Shown: one piece after another, positions 29,435 through 37,221 of the stretch | Layout of the letters: each line of letters begins with the position of its first letter | How positions within the stretch are numbered: position 1 is the first letter of the stretch | Source: Dehalococcoidia bacterium | GTDB lineage: Bacteria; Chloroflexota; Dehalococcoidia; Lucifugimonadales; UBA1127 | Assembly: GCA_965205235.1 (NCBI GenBank) | Contig: CBDBGD010000003.1 | Coordinates: 4,854-68,853 of the forward strand | Reading direction: 5' to 3' | DNA length: 64,000 nucleotides | Position numbers and translations under genes: made by a program | Notes under the pieces: generated by a model | What the model was told of the DNA's origin: nothing | Seen by the model: only the letters and a program-made list of their open reading frames with translations | Databases searched by the model: none

Positions 29435-30164
29435 CGAGCTCGGCGCCGGTGATGTACGAGGCCTCGTCGGAGGCGAGGAAGAGGATGCCGGCGGCGATCT
29501 CCTCGGGCTGGCCGTAGCGGGCCAGGGGCACCTTGGACGTGACCACGCGCTGCTGCTCGTCGGAGGGCTCGGGTGAGTCGCCCATGCGCGTCGCGATGGG
29601 GCCGGGGTGGACGGAGTTGGCCCGGATGCCGTCCTGCGTGTGCTGCACCGCGGTGGTCTTGGTGAACATGCGGACGGCGCCCTTGGAGGTCTGGTAGGAG
29701 GCGTTGCTGGTGGTGGAGGCGACGATGCCCATCTGCGAGGAGATGTTGATGATGGAGCCGCCGCCGGCCTTTCGCATGGCGGGGATGGCGTGCTTGGTGC
29801 CCAGGAAGACGCCGGTCATGTTCACGGCCATGACCCTGTCCCAGGTCTCCAGCGGGGTCTCGTCGATGGCGCCGCGGGCGCCGATGCCGGCGTTGTTCAC
29901 GAGGACGTCCAGCTTGCCGTAGCGTGAGACGGCCGTCTCGACCGCCTGGTGCCACGACTCCTCACTGGCCACATCGAGGATGACGAAGGTGGCTTCCCCG
30001 CCCGCAGCTCGGATCTCCGCCTCCAGGCGCGCCCCCTCATCCTCGCGCACGTCGCCGCAGACCACCTTGGCCCCTTCGCGGGCGAAGAGACGGGCCGTCG
30101 CAGCGCCGATGCCCGTGGGCCGCGCCGCTCCCGATACGATGGCTACCTTGCCCTCAAGGCGCAT
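29406..30164 (-). CDS. SDR-family oxidoreductase
   Basis: GKVAIVSGAARPTGIG (TGxxxGxG-like), NNAG, the S...YxxxK triad (YQTSKGAV) and a PG motif. Confidence 0.9.
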   Translation of the reverse strand: MRLEGKVAIVSGAARPTGIGAATARLFAREGAKVVCGDVREDEGARLEAEIRAAGGEATFVILDVASEESWHQAVETAVSRYGKLDVLVNNAGIGARGAIDETPLETWDRVMAVNMTGVFLGTKHAIPAMRKAGGGSIINISSQMGIVASTTSNASYQTSKGAVRMFTKTTAVQHTQDGIRANSVHPGPIATRMGDSPEPSDEQQRVVTSKVPLARYGQPEEIAAGILFLASDEASYITGAELVIDGGWTAW

Positions 30165-30283
30165 GACGATTCCTCCTTAGATCATGCGGATGCGTCCGGC
30201 CGCATTGTAGGGGGTGGGCGGCGCGGTGGGAAGCGCGGCGCGTGCGCGCTGCCGGGCCGACGCGGCGGAAGGGCCCCTCGCCC

Positions 30284-30940
30284 CTAGCGCAGGGAGCGGA
30301 TGACGCCGACGACGCGGCCCTGGACCTGGACGTTGTCCGCGTCCGCGTAGATGGGGCCCATCTGGGCGTTGGCTGGCTGAAGGCGGACACGGTTGCCTTC
30401 CCGGTAGATGTGCTTCAGCGTGACCTCACCCTCGTCCTTCAGCCATGCAACGGCCATGTCCCCGTCCCGCACCTGGGGGACGGGCTCCATCAGCACGATG
30501 TCCCCGTCGTCGATGAGGGCGTCGATCATGGAGAGGCCCTGGACTCGCAGGGCGAAGGCCTGGCCGCTGGGGGGCAGGAGTGCGGGCGGGACCTCCACGG
30601 TCTCCACCTCGCTGGGGTCAAGGTCCTGGTAGACGGGCAGGGGCGCACCAGCCGCGACGGCGCCCAGGACGGGCACCATCCTGAAGGGCTGCATGGGCTC
30701 CACGCGCTGCCCGTCGGGACCCAGAAGCTCGATGCCGCGGGAGACTTCCCGCGAGCGGCGCAGGAAGCCCTCACGCTGGAGGATATGCAGGTTGTAGTCG
30801 ACGACGGAGGTGGAGCTGATGTTGCAGGCTTGCTGGATCTCCCGAATGGCCGGGGGGTAACCGTGCTCCCGGAGATAGCTTCGAATGAATTCCATGATGC
30901 GCTGTTGCCTGTCGGAAAGCTTCTTGGACCGTGGTTGCAT
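30284..30940 (-). CDS. lexA: LexA repressor
   Basis: N-terminal wHTH (LSDRQQRIMEFIRSYLREHGYPPAIREI). Cleavage and S24 peptidase part includes VQGLSMIDA (Ser) and AWLKDEGEVTLK (Lys). ATG 30940 is preceded by GGGAGGAG. Confidence 0.92.
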   Translation of the reverse strand: MQPRSKKLSDRQQRIMEFIRSYLREHGYPPAIREIQQACNISSTSVVDYNLHILQREGFLRRSREVSRGIELLGPDGQRVEPMQPFRMVPVLGAVAAGAPLPVYQDLDPSEVETVEVPPALLPPSGQAFALRVQGLSMIDALIDDGDIVLMEPVPQVRDGDMAVAWLKDEGEVTLKHIYREGNRVRLQPANAQMGPIYADADNVQVQGRVVGVIRSLR

Positions 30941-30976
30941 GGGCCTCTCCTCCCGCGGAAGTTTGGACAGATATGT

Positions 30977-30988
30977 GAACGAATGTTC
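30977..30988. promoter_or_regulatory. LexA (SOS/Cheo-type) box GAAC-GAAT-GTTC
   Basis: Perfect GAAC-N4-GTTC palindrome located 37 nt upstream of the lexA start, consistent with autoregulation. Confidence 0.7.
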
Positions 30989-31020
30989 GCCGGATACGCT
31001 ACCAGGGGGTCGCGTCCCTG

Positions 31021-32259
31021 TCAACCCCTGTTTGGCGGTCTCGGCGGAGCGGGCGGCCAGTCGAAGAGTCGCTCTTCGACGGCCTCCACAGCCTCTCGGA
31101 CCAAGGCCTCGACGTCGAGGGAGGCCTCCAGGGCCTCAACCTCCTCGACGCTGCTGCGGGTCACCGGGTGCCTGGGGACGAAGAGGGAGCAGCAGTCCTC
31201 GTCGGGGATGATGGAGGTGGCGTAGGTGTCGAGGGCGACGGCCTGGGCTACGATGGCGGCCTTGTCGAGGCCGACGAGGGGACGGAGCACGAGCAGCCGG
31301 TCGGCGGCGGCGCCGATGGTCGCCATATTTTGAAGGGTCTGGGAGCTCACCTGGCCCAGGCTCTCTCCGGTGACCAAAGCCTCCGCCCCATCCCGCAGGG
31401 CGATGGCCTGGGCGATGCGGAACATCAGTCGCCGGTAGACCACGACGCGGTAGGCCGGGGGCACGGTGAGGATAACCCGCTGCTGGACGGGCGCGAAGGG
31501 GACGAGCAGCAGGCGCGAGCTGTACTGGTAGCGAGTCAGCATCCGTACCAGGTCCTGGGCCTTCTCACGGGACGTACCCTCGACCAGGGGGAAGCTGTGG
31601 AAGTGGATGAAGAGGACGCGGCAGCCTCGCTCCATCATCCGGTACGCGGCCACCGGCGAGTCGATGCCGCCGGAGAGCAGGGCCGCCACCCGTCCGCCAA
31701 CGCCCACGGGCATGCCGCCAGGGCCCCGGTGCTCCTCCAGGCCTACCAGGCCCTCCTTGGGGGTGACGTGGACCCGTATGTTGAGGTCCGGGCGCTCCAG
31801 GTCCACGGGGAGGCCGGTGCGCCCCTGGACGTAGGCCCCCAGCTCACGGTTGATCTGCGGGGAGTTCAGCGGGAAGGACTTGTCCGACCGGCGGGCGGTA
31901 ATGCGAAAGGAGCCGGCGGCGCGGTCCTGCAGGAGGCAGTCCAGGAGCTCACGGATGGCCTGAAGGTCGGGCGCCACACGCCAGACGCGCCCGAATCGCT
32001 CGACTCCGATCAGGTGCTCCAGCCGGTCCCGGAGCTCCGGCCAGCAGGCCGGGTCCTGCAGCGGCACCAGGGCCATCATGGGCCGGTTGAGCATTCGCCC
32101 CACGGGAAGCCCCTGCAGTATCGTCCGTAGGTTCTCACGGAGCTTTCGCACGAAGAGCGGACGGTTGCCACCCTTGAGGAGCATCTCGTGGAAGAGGCGG
32201 ACCTCCACCAGGAGCTGCGCTCCCACCTCCTGGGCGCTCCGCTGGTCGACGCCGGTCAC
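31021..32259 (-). CDS. thiI: tRNA 4-thiouridine(8) synthase
   Basis: THUMP-like N-terminal half, then PP-loop ALLSGGIDSPVA. Start set to GTG 32259, which overlaps the upstream stop (GTGA). The longer track ORF overlaps the NUDIX gene. Confidence 0.88.
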   Translation of the reverse strand: MTGVDQRSAQEVGAQLLVEVRLFHEMLLKGGNRPLFVRKLRENLRTILQGLPVGRMLNRPMMALVPLQDPACWPELRDRLEHLIGVERFGRVWRVAPDLQAIRELLDCLLQDRAAGSFRITARRSDKSFPLNSPQINRELGAYVQGRTGLPVDLERPDLNIRVHVTPKEGLVGLEEHRGPGGMPVGVGGRVAALLSGGIDSPVAAYRMMERGCRVLFIHFHSFPLVEGTSREKAQDLVRMLTRYQYSSRLLLVPFAPVQQRVILTVPPAYRVVVYRRLMFRIAQAIALRDGAEALVTGESLGQVSSQTLQNMATIGAAADRLLVLRPLVGLDKAAIVAQAVALDTYATSIIPDEDCCSLFVPRHPVTRSSVEEVEALEASLDVEALVREAVEAVEERLFDWPPAPPRPPNRG

Positions 32260-32705
32260 GGGCGGGCCTCCGCTGAGGCGACGCCGTGGCGGGACAGGAG
32301 GAGTTGGCAGCAGAGGGAGCCTCTCCGGGCCGCCTCGGCCAAGAGGCCGGGGGGCGCCCAGCGCCAATCGACGTAGGCGGTGGCGAGGCTCGACGGCGCC
32401 AGGAGGCGGGGGCTCCGGGCAGGGTCCTGCAGCCTCGCCGTCAGGAGCGCCATCTCCAGGAGGTAGTCGGGGCGCTGCTGCGCCCCCTCGGCCGCGACCT
32501 CGCCGGGCTCGACGTCCACGCCAAGCTTGGTCTCGCCGATGCGGCAAGCGGCGTCTTCGACGGTCTCGTCGTCGCGGAGGGTGGCTGCGGGCAGACCCCA
32601 GAGGCCGGGGAGCTCGGTGTCGTCGTCGGGTCGGCGGACGGCGAGGAGCAGACCGGCGTCATCCGGGCAATGGACGACCAGGGCAACGGCGCGTTGGACA
32701 GGCAT
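32256..32705 (-). CDS. NUDIX-fold protein with a degenerate Nudix box
   Basis: WGLPAATLRDDETVEDAACRIGETKLGV aligns to GX5EX7REUXEEXGU, but the REx2EE glutamates are largely replaced (RIGETK). Confidence 0.6.
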   Translation of the reverse strand: MPVQRAVALVVHCPDDAGLLLAVRRPDDDTELPGLWGLPAATLRDDETVEDAACRIGETKLGVDVEPGEVAAEGAQQRPDYLLEMALLTARLQDPARSPRLLAPSSLATAYVDWRWAPPGLLAEAARRGSLCCQLLLSRHGVASAEARP

Positions 32706-32777
32706 GGACTGACCCCCGGGAGTGACGCACGGCGGGGAGCACGGCCCCCGCCAGGGGCGGTCGCGCCGGCGAGGGCG

Positions 32778-33038
32778 CTAGCCTTCGTCCGCGTCGAGAG
32801 CGGCGGCGCGGCGGGTGAGCCGGGACTTGAGCCGGGCGGCCTTGTTCTTGTGGATGACGCCCTTGGAGGCGGCGCGGTCCATGGAGCGAAGGGCCGCGGT
32901 CACGGCCTCCTGCGCCTCCGGGCTCTTGGCTGCCATTCCGCGCTCGGCGGCCGTGCGGGCGGTGCGCAGGGCCCGACGGACACTGCGGTTGCGGGCGCCG
33001 CGGCGCTGGGATACTCGGGCTGCTCGCTCGCTGGGCAA
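32778..33038 (-). CDS. rpsT: 30S ribosomal protein S20
   Basis: PSERAARVSQRRGARNRSVRRALRT...KGVIHKNKAARLKSRL. TTG start at 33038 is preceded by GGAGGGGG. 86 aa. Confidence 0.88.
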   Translation of the reverse strand: MPSERAARVSQRRGARNRSVRRALRTARTAAERGMAAKSPEAQEAVTAALRSMDRAASKGVIHKNKAARLKSRLTRRAAALDADEG

Positions 33039-33116
33039 GGCGTCCCCCTCCTCTGGGTTGGCACTAACGTCGGGGCCATTATAGCGCACGCCGGGGGTTC
33101 GCGGGGAGCCCGTGCC

Positions 33117-35294
33117 TCAGGAGGCGGACCGGGACGGGACGTTCACCCGGGACACGTTCAGCACGCCGTGCACCCCTTCCAGCCTGGCGAAGAGCCGGCT
33201 GAGCTGGTACGTCCCCGTAGTGTAGAGCGTCAGGGTGATGACCGCCGTGCCGTCGGTGGACTCCCTGGAGGCCACGGCCCCCATGTTGACCTTCTCCGCG
33301 GAGACCAGGGAGGAGACGTCCCGCAGCAGCCCCACACGGTCCAGGCCGTGGATCTCCACCCGGACGGCGTAGACCTGCTGGGAGGGGCCCCAGGTGACCG
33401 GGACCAGGCGTTCCTTCTCGTCCTCGTTGCGGACGTTGGCGCAGTCCTGGCGGTGGACGGTCACGCCGCGGTTGCGGGTGATGTAGCCGATGATGTTCTC
33501 TCCCGGCAGCGGGTTGCAGCAGGAGGCCGTACGCGTCAACAGGTCTCCAACGCCCAGAACGCTCACGCCCGCCGTGGCCGACCCCAGCCCAGCGCCGTTG
33601 GACGTCGACGGGACGGCCGGGGCCGGGTCCGGGACCGTCAGCCGGTGCTCCAGCTGCGCCGACGTGAGACTGCTGGTGCCCAGGGCGGCCAGGAGCTCGT
33701 CGGCGGAGTCGTATTTGAGCGTCCGGGCGATCTCCTTTTCGTCGGCGCCCCTCAACCCCAGGCGACGGAGGGTCCTCTGCAGCACCTCCCGGCCCTGGGC
33801 GACGTTGACGCTGCGCTCCTGGCGGCGGAACCAGTGGCGGATCTTCTGCCGCGCCGACGCTGTGCCGATGTAGCCCAGCGCGGGGTTGAGCCAGTCCAGG
33901 GAGGGGCCCCTGGCCTGCTTACTGGTGAGCACCTCCACCGCATCGCCGCTCTGCAGGCGCGTGTCCAGGGCCACCAGCCGCCCGTTGACCTTGGCGCCCA
34001 CGCATCGATGCCCCAACTCCGTGTGGATGTGATACGCGAAGTCGATGGGTGTGGCGCCGGTGGGCAGCTCCTTGATGTCGCCCTTGGGGGTATAGACGTA
34101 GACCTGGTCCTGGAAGATGTCCGTGCGCACCGACTCCAGGAACTCCTCCGCTCCGGAGACCTCGCGCTGCCACTCCAGGAGCTGGCGCAGCCAGGACATG
34201 CGCTCGACCAAGACTGCGTCGGTGGAGCGACCCTCCTTGTAGCTCCAGTGGGCGGCGACGCCGTACTCGGCGAGGCGGTGCATCTCCCAGGTGCGGATCT
34301 GGACCTCCAGTGGGGTAGCCCCCTCGCACATGACGGCGGTGTGGAGGGACTGGTAGAGGTTCTCCTTGGGGTTGGCGATGTAGTCGTCGAACTGGCCGGG
34401 GATGGGGCGCCACAGGCTGTGGACGACGCCCAGGGCGTTGTAGCAGTCGGCCTGGGAGTCCACCAGGACGCGCAGGGCGTAGAGGTCGTAGATCTGGCCG
34501 AAGTCCTTGCCCTGCTCGGCGTACTTCCCCATCTTCTGGTAGATGCTGTAGATGCTCTTGGGCCTGCCTTTCACCTCAGCCTGGATGCCGTTCGCGGCTA
34601 GGGCCCTGCGGAGCACCTCCGCCTGCTGGGCCAGGTAGCGTTCCCTCGCCTGGCGCCCCTTGGCCAGCAGCCGGGCGATGTCCCGGTAGGTCTCCTCGTA
34701 GACGTGCCGAAAGGCCAGGTCCTCCAGCTGCCACTTGATCTCCCAGATCCCCAGGCGATGGGCCAGGGGCGCGTAGATGTCCAGGGTCTCCTGGGCGATG
34801 GCCCGGCGTCGATGGGGGGAGTGGACGTCCAGAGTGCGCATGTTGTGGAGGCGGTCCGCCAGCTTGATGAGGACGACGCGAATGTCCTCCGCCATGGCCA
34901 GGAGCATCTTGCGAATGCTCTCGGCCCGGGCGGCATCGTCGGTGCCGGTCCTGCCGTCGGCCGGGGCCATGGCGTCCAGGCGGGCCAGCTTGGTTACACC
35001 GTCGACCAGGCGGGCCACGTCGGGCCCGAAGCGCCGGGCAAGCTCCTCGCGCGGGACGTGGCAGTCTTCGATGACGTCGTGGAGGAGGGCGGCGGCGAGG
35101 GTAGCGGCGTCCTGGCGAAGGTCGGCCAGGAAGAGGGACGTCTGGAGGGGGTGCTCGATGTAGGGGTCGCCGGAGAGCCGCTTCTGGCCCTCGTGCTTCT
35201 CGGCGGCGAATTCGAACGCGTCCTGCAGGAGCTGCGTCCTCCCCGTCGGGAGGTAGCTCCCCGCCTTTGTGAGTAGCTCTGCGAGCTCCGCCAC
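33117..35294 (-). CDS. relA: bifunctional (p)ppGpp synthetase/hydrolase
   Basis: HD hydrolase (HPLQTSL...LHDVIED), synthetase (YQSLHTAV), TGS (VYVYTPKGDIKELP) and a C-terminal ACT-like domain. Start set to GTG 35294, preceded by AGGAG. Confidence 0.93.
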   Translation of the reverse strand: MAELAELLTKAGSYLPTGRTQLLQDAFEFAAEKHEGQKRLSGDPYIEHPLQTSLFLADLRQDAATLAAALLHDVIEDCHVPREELARRFGPDVARLVDGVTKLARLDAMAPADGRTGTDDAARAESIRKMLLAMAEDIRVVLIKLADRLHNMRTLDVHSPHRRRAIAQETLDIYAPLAHRLGIWEIKWQLEDLAFRHVYEETYRDIARLLAKGRQARERYLAQQAEVLRRALAANGIQAEVKGRPKSIYSIYQKMGKYAEQGKDFGQIYDLYALRVLVDSQADCYNALGVVHSLWRPIPGQFDDYIANPKENLYQSLHTAVMCEGATPLEVQIRTWEMHRLAEYGVAAHWSYKEGRSTDAVLVERMSWLRQLLEWQREVSGAEEFLESVRTDIFQDQVYVYTPKGDIKELPTGATPIDFAYHIHTELGHRCVGAKVNGRLVALDTRLQSGDAVEVLTSKQARGPSLDWLNPALGYIGTASARQKIRHWFRRQERSVNVAQGREVLQRTLRRLGLRGADEKEIARTLKYDSADELLAALGTSSLTSAQLEHRLTVPDPAPAVPSTSNGAGLGSATAGVSVLGVGDLLTRTASCCNPLPGENIIGYITRNRGVTVHRQDCANVRNEDEKERLVPVTWGPSQQVYAVRVEIHGLDRVGLLRDVSSLVSAEKVNMGAVASRESTDGTAVITLTLYTTGTYQLSRLFARLEGVHGVLNVSRVNVPSRSAS

Positions 35295-35418
35295 CGTGAC
35301 GCTCCTAGCTAGGGCAGTATAGCCCACCGCTACGGCCCCCGCCACCCCTGAGCTTGTGGGGCGGGAACCCCCGCGGGTATGCTGGAATGTACGCATTCCC
35401 ATCGAGGGAGGTCCACCC

Positions 35419-36687
35419 GTGCGCTACAGGGCCCCCCGGGGCACCCAGGACGTCCTGCCGGAGGAGCAGGCCCACTGGGACTACGTCACGGCCACGGCAC
35501 GAGAGCAGGCACGGCGGTTCGGCTACGGCCGGATCGACACGCCGGTCTTCGAGCAGGCGGGCCTCTTCCAGCGCGGCGTGGGCGAGGGCACGGACATCGT
35601 CGAGAAGGAGACGTACACCTTCCCCGACCGGAGCGGGGACGAGGTGACCCTGCGCCCGGAAGGGACCGCGTCCGTGTGCCGCGCCTACTTGGAGCACGGG
35701 ATGCACAACCGGCCCCAGCCGGTGCGCGTGCACTACTTCTGCCCCATCTTCCGCTACGAGCGCCCCCAGGCAGGCCGCCTGCGCCAGCACCACCAGTTCG
35801 GCGTGGAGGCCATTGGTGACGGCGACCCGGCGGTGGACGCGGAGGTCATCGAGCTGGGGTGGCGCGTCACTCAGGCTCTGGGTCTGCAGGGACTGTCGCT
35901 GGCGATCAACAGCATAGGTGACCCGGCGTGCAGGCCCGCCTACCTGGAGGCGCTCAAGGCGCACTACGCCGCCTCCATGGACCGGGCCTGCCCCGACTGC
36001 AAGGTGCGCTTCCAGCGCAACCCCCTGCGGATGCTGGACTGCAAGCGAACGGACTTCGCCTGCCAGGAGCTCATCGCCGCCGCGCCGCAGATGGTGGACC
36101 GTCTCTGCGACGCCTGCGCTGCGCACTTCGCCCAAGTGCGACGGTACCTGGAGGCGCTGGACATCCCCTACCGGGTCAGCCCGACCCTGGTGCGGGGACT
36201 CGACTACTACTCCCGCACAGTGTTCGAGATACACCCGCCGGAGGAGGGGTCGCAGAGCGCCCTGCTGGCCGGAGGCCGCTACGACGGCCTCATCGAGCTG
36301 CTTGGCGGCCGGCCGACGCCGGGAATCGGGTTCGGCTCCGGCATCGAGCGGTTCATCCTGAACGTGAAGCGCCAGGAGGCGGCAGCCCAGCCGGAGGGCG
36401 ATGGCGCGGACGCCGTGGTGGTGAGCCTGGGCGACGCAGCGGCAGCCGCCGGCGTGAAACTGGCGTCGGACCTGCGGCGGCAGGGGCTGGAGGCGGTGCT
36501 GGCGCCGCAGGGGCGCAGCCTGCGCGGCCAGCTGCGCCACGCAACGGCGCTGAACGCGACCTACGCCCTGGTCCTGGGCGAAGACGAGATGGCCCGGGGC
36601 ACCGTGCAGGTGAAGGAGCTGGCCACGGGGGTGCAGCGCGAGGTGCAGATCGACGCGCTGCGGTTCGTCGACGGCAAGCTGGTCTGA
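35419..36687 (+). CDS. hisS: histidine--tRNA ligase
   Basis: APRGTQDVLPEE, class II motifs (FRYERPQAGRLRQHHQFGVE, GGGRYDGL-like AGGRYDGL) and an anticodon-binding C-terminus. GTG 35419 is preceded by GAGGGAGG. Confidence 0.93.
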   Translation: MRYRAPRGTQDVLPEEQAHWDYVTATAREQARRFGYGRIDTPVFEQAGLFQRGVGEGTDIVEKETYTFPDRSGDEVTLRPEGTASVCRAYLEHGMHNRPQPVRVHYFCPIFRYERPQAGRLRQHHQFGVEAIGDGDPAVDAEVIELGWRVTQALGLQGLSLAINSIGDPACRPAYLEALKAHYAASMDRACPDCKVRFQRNPLRMLDCKRTDFACQELIAAAPQMVDRLCDACAAHFAQVRRYLEALDIPYRVSPTLVRGLDYYSRTVFEIHPPEEGSQSALLAGGRYDGLIELLGGRPTPGIGFGSGIERFILNVKRQEAAAQPEGDGADAVVVSLGDAAAAAGVKLASDLRRQGLEAVLAPQGRSLRGQLRHATALNATYALVLGEDEMARGTVQVKELATGVQREVQIDALRFVDGKLV

Positions 36688-36697
36688 GAGGAGCGGC

Positions 36698-37093
36698 ATG
36701 ATCACACGACTGGCCAACGTCTCGGTGCTGGTGGGGGACTACGACGAGGCTATTCGCTGGTACACGGAGGTGCTGGGACTGGAGCTTCGCATGGACGGCT
36801 CCATGGGGGGCGACTACCGCTTCGTGACCGTGGGCGTCCAGGGCCAGGACGACGTCTCCATCGTGCTGCACAAGGGAGAGGTCCCGGCCGAGGGCCAGCG
36901 CGGCCTCCTCTTCCACACCGACGACTGCCGCGGGGACGTGGAGCGGCTGCGCGGCGCTGGCGTGACGGTCACGCTGGAGCCGGAGGACCAGCCCTGGGGC
37001 GTCCAGGCGGTGGTGCAGGACCCCTACGGCGCCTCGCACGTGCTGCTCCAACCCGGCCCGATGGCCCTCCAGCGCGGCAAGGTGCAGGCCTAG
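36698..37093 (+). CDS. VOC (glyoxalase) family protein
   Basis: LANVSVLVGDYDEAIRWYTEVLGLELR...PWGVQAVVQDPYG. Confidence 0.8.
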   Translation: MITRLANVSVLVGDYDEAIRWYTEVLGLELRMDGSMGGDYRFVTVGVQGQDDVSIVLHKGEVPAEGQRGLLFHTDDCRGDVERLRGAGVTVTLEPEDQPWGVQAVVQDPYGASHVLLQPGPMALQRGKVQA

Positions 37094-37126
37094 TCCGAGC
37101 CCAGGGTGGTATACTGCCTGGGACGT

Positions 37127-37203
37127 GGGCGGTTAGCTCAGATGGTTAGAGCGTCGCGTTGACATCGCGGAGGCCGGAGGTTCAAGTCCTCCACCGCCCA
37201 CCA
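37127..37203 (+). tRNA. tRNA-Val (anticodon GAC)
   Basis: Hand-folded cloverleaf: acceptor GGGCGGT/ACCGCCC, D arm GCTC-AGATGGTTA-GAGC, anticodon arm TCGCG-TTGACAT-CGCGG, T arm GGAGG-TTCAAGT-CCTCC, and an encoded CCA. Confidence 0.92.
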
Positions 37204-37221
37204 GGCCCGCCCCCTCTAGCG

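Noticed and set aside
32286-34601. 771-aa plus-strand ORF
   Set aside because: It is antisense to the NUDIX gene, rpsT and relA. It has no motifs and is low-complexity.
37159-37221. N-terminal 21 codons of track ORF 37159-40482
   Set aside because: This stretch starts inside tRNA-Val. The ATG at 37222 gives a proper lipoprotein signal peptide.
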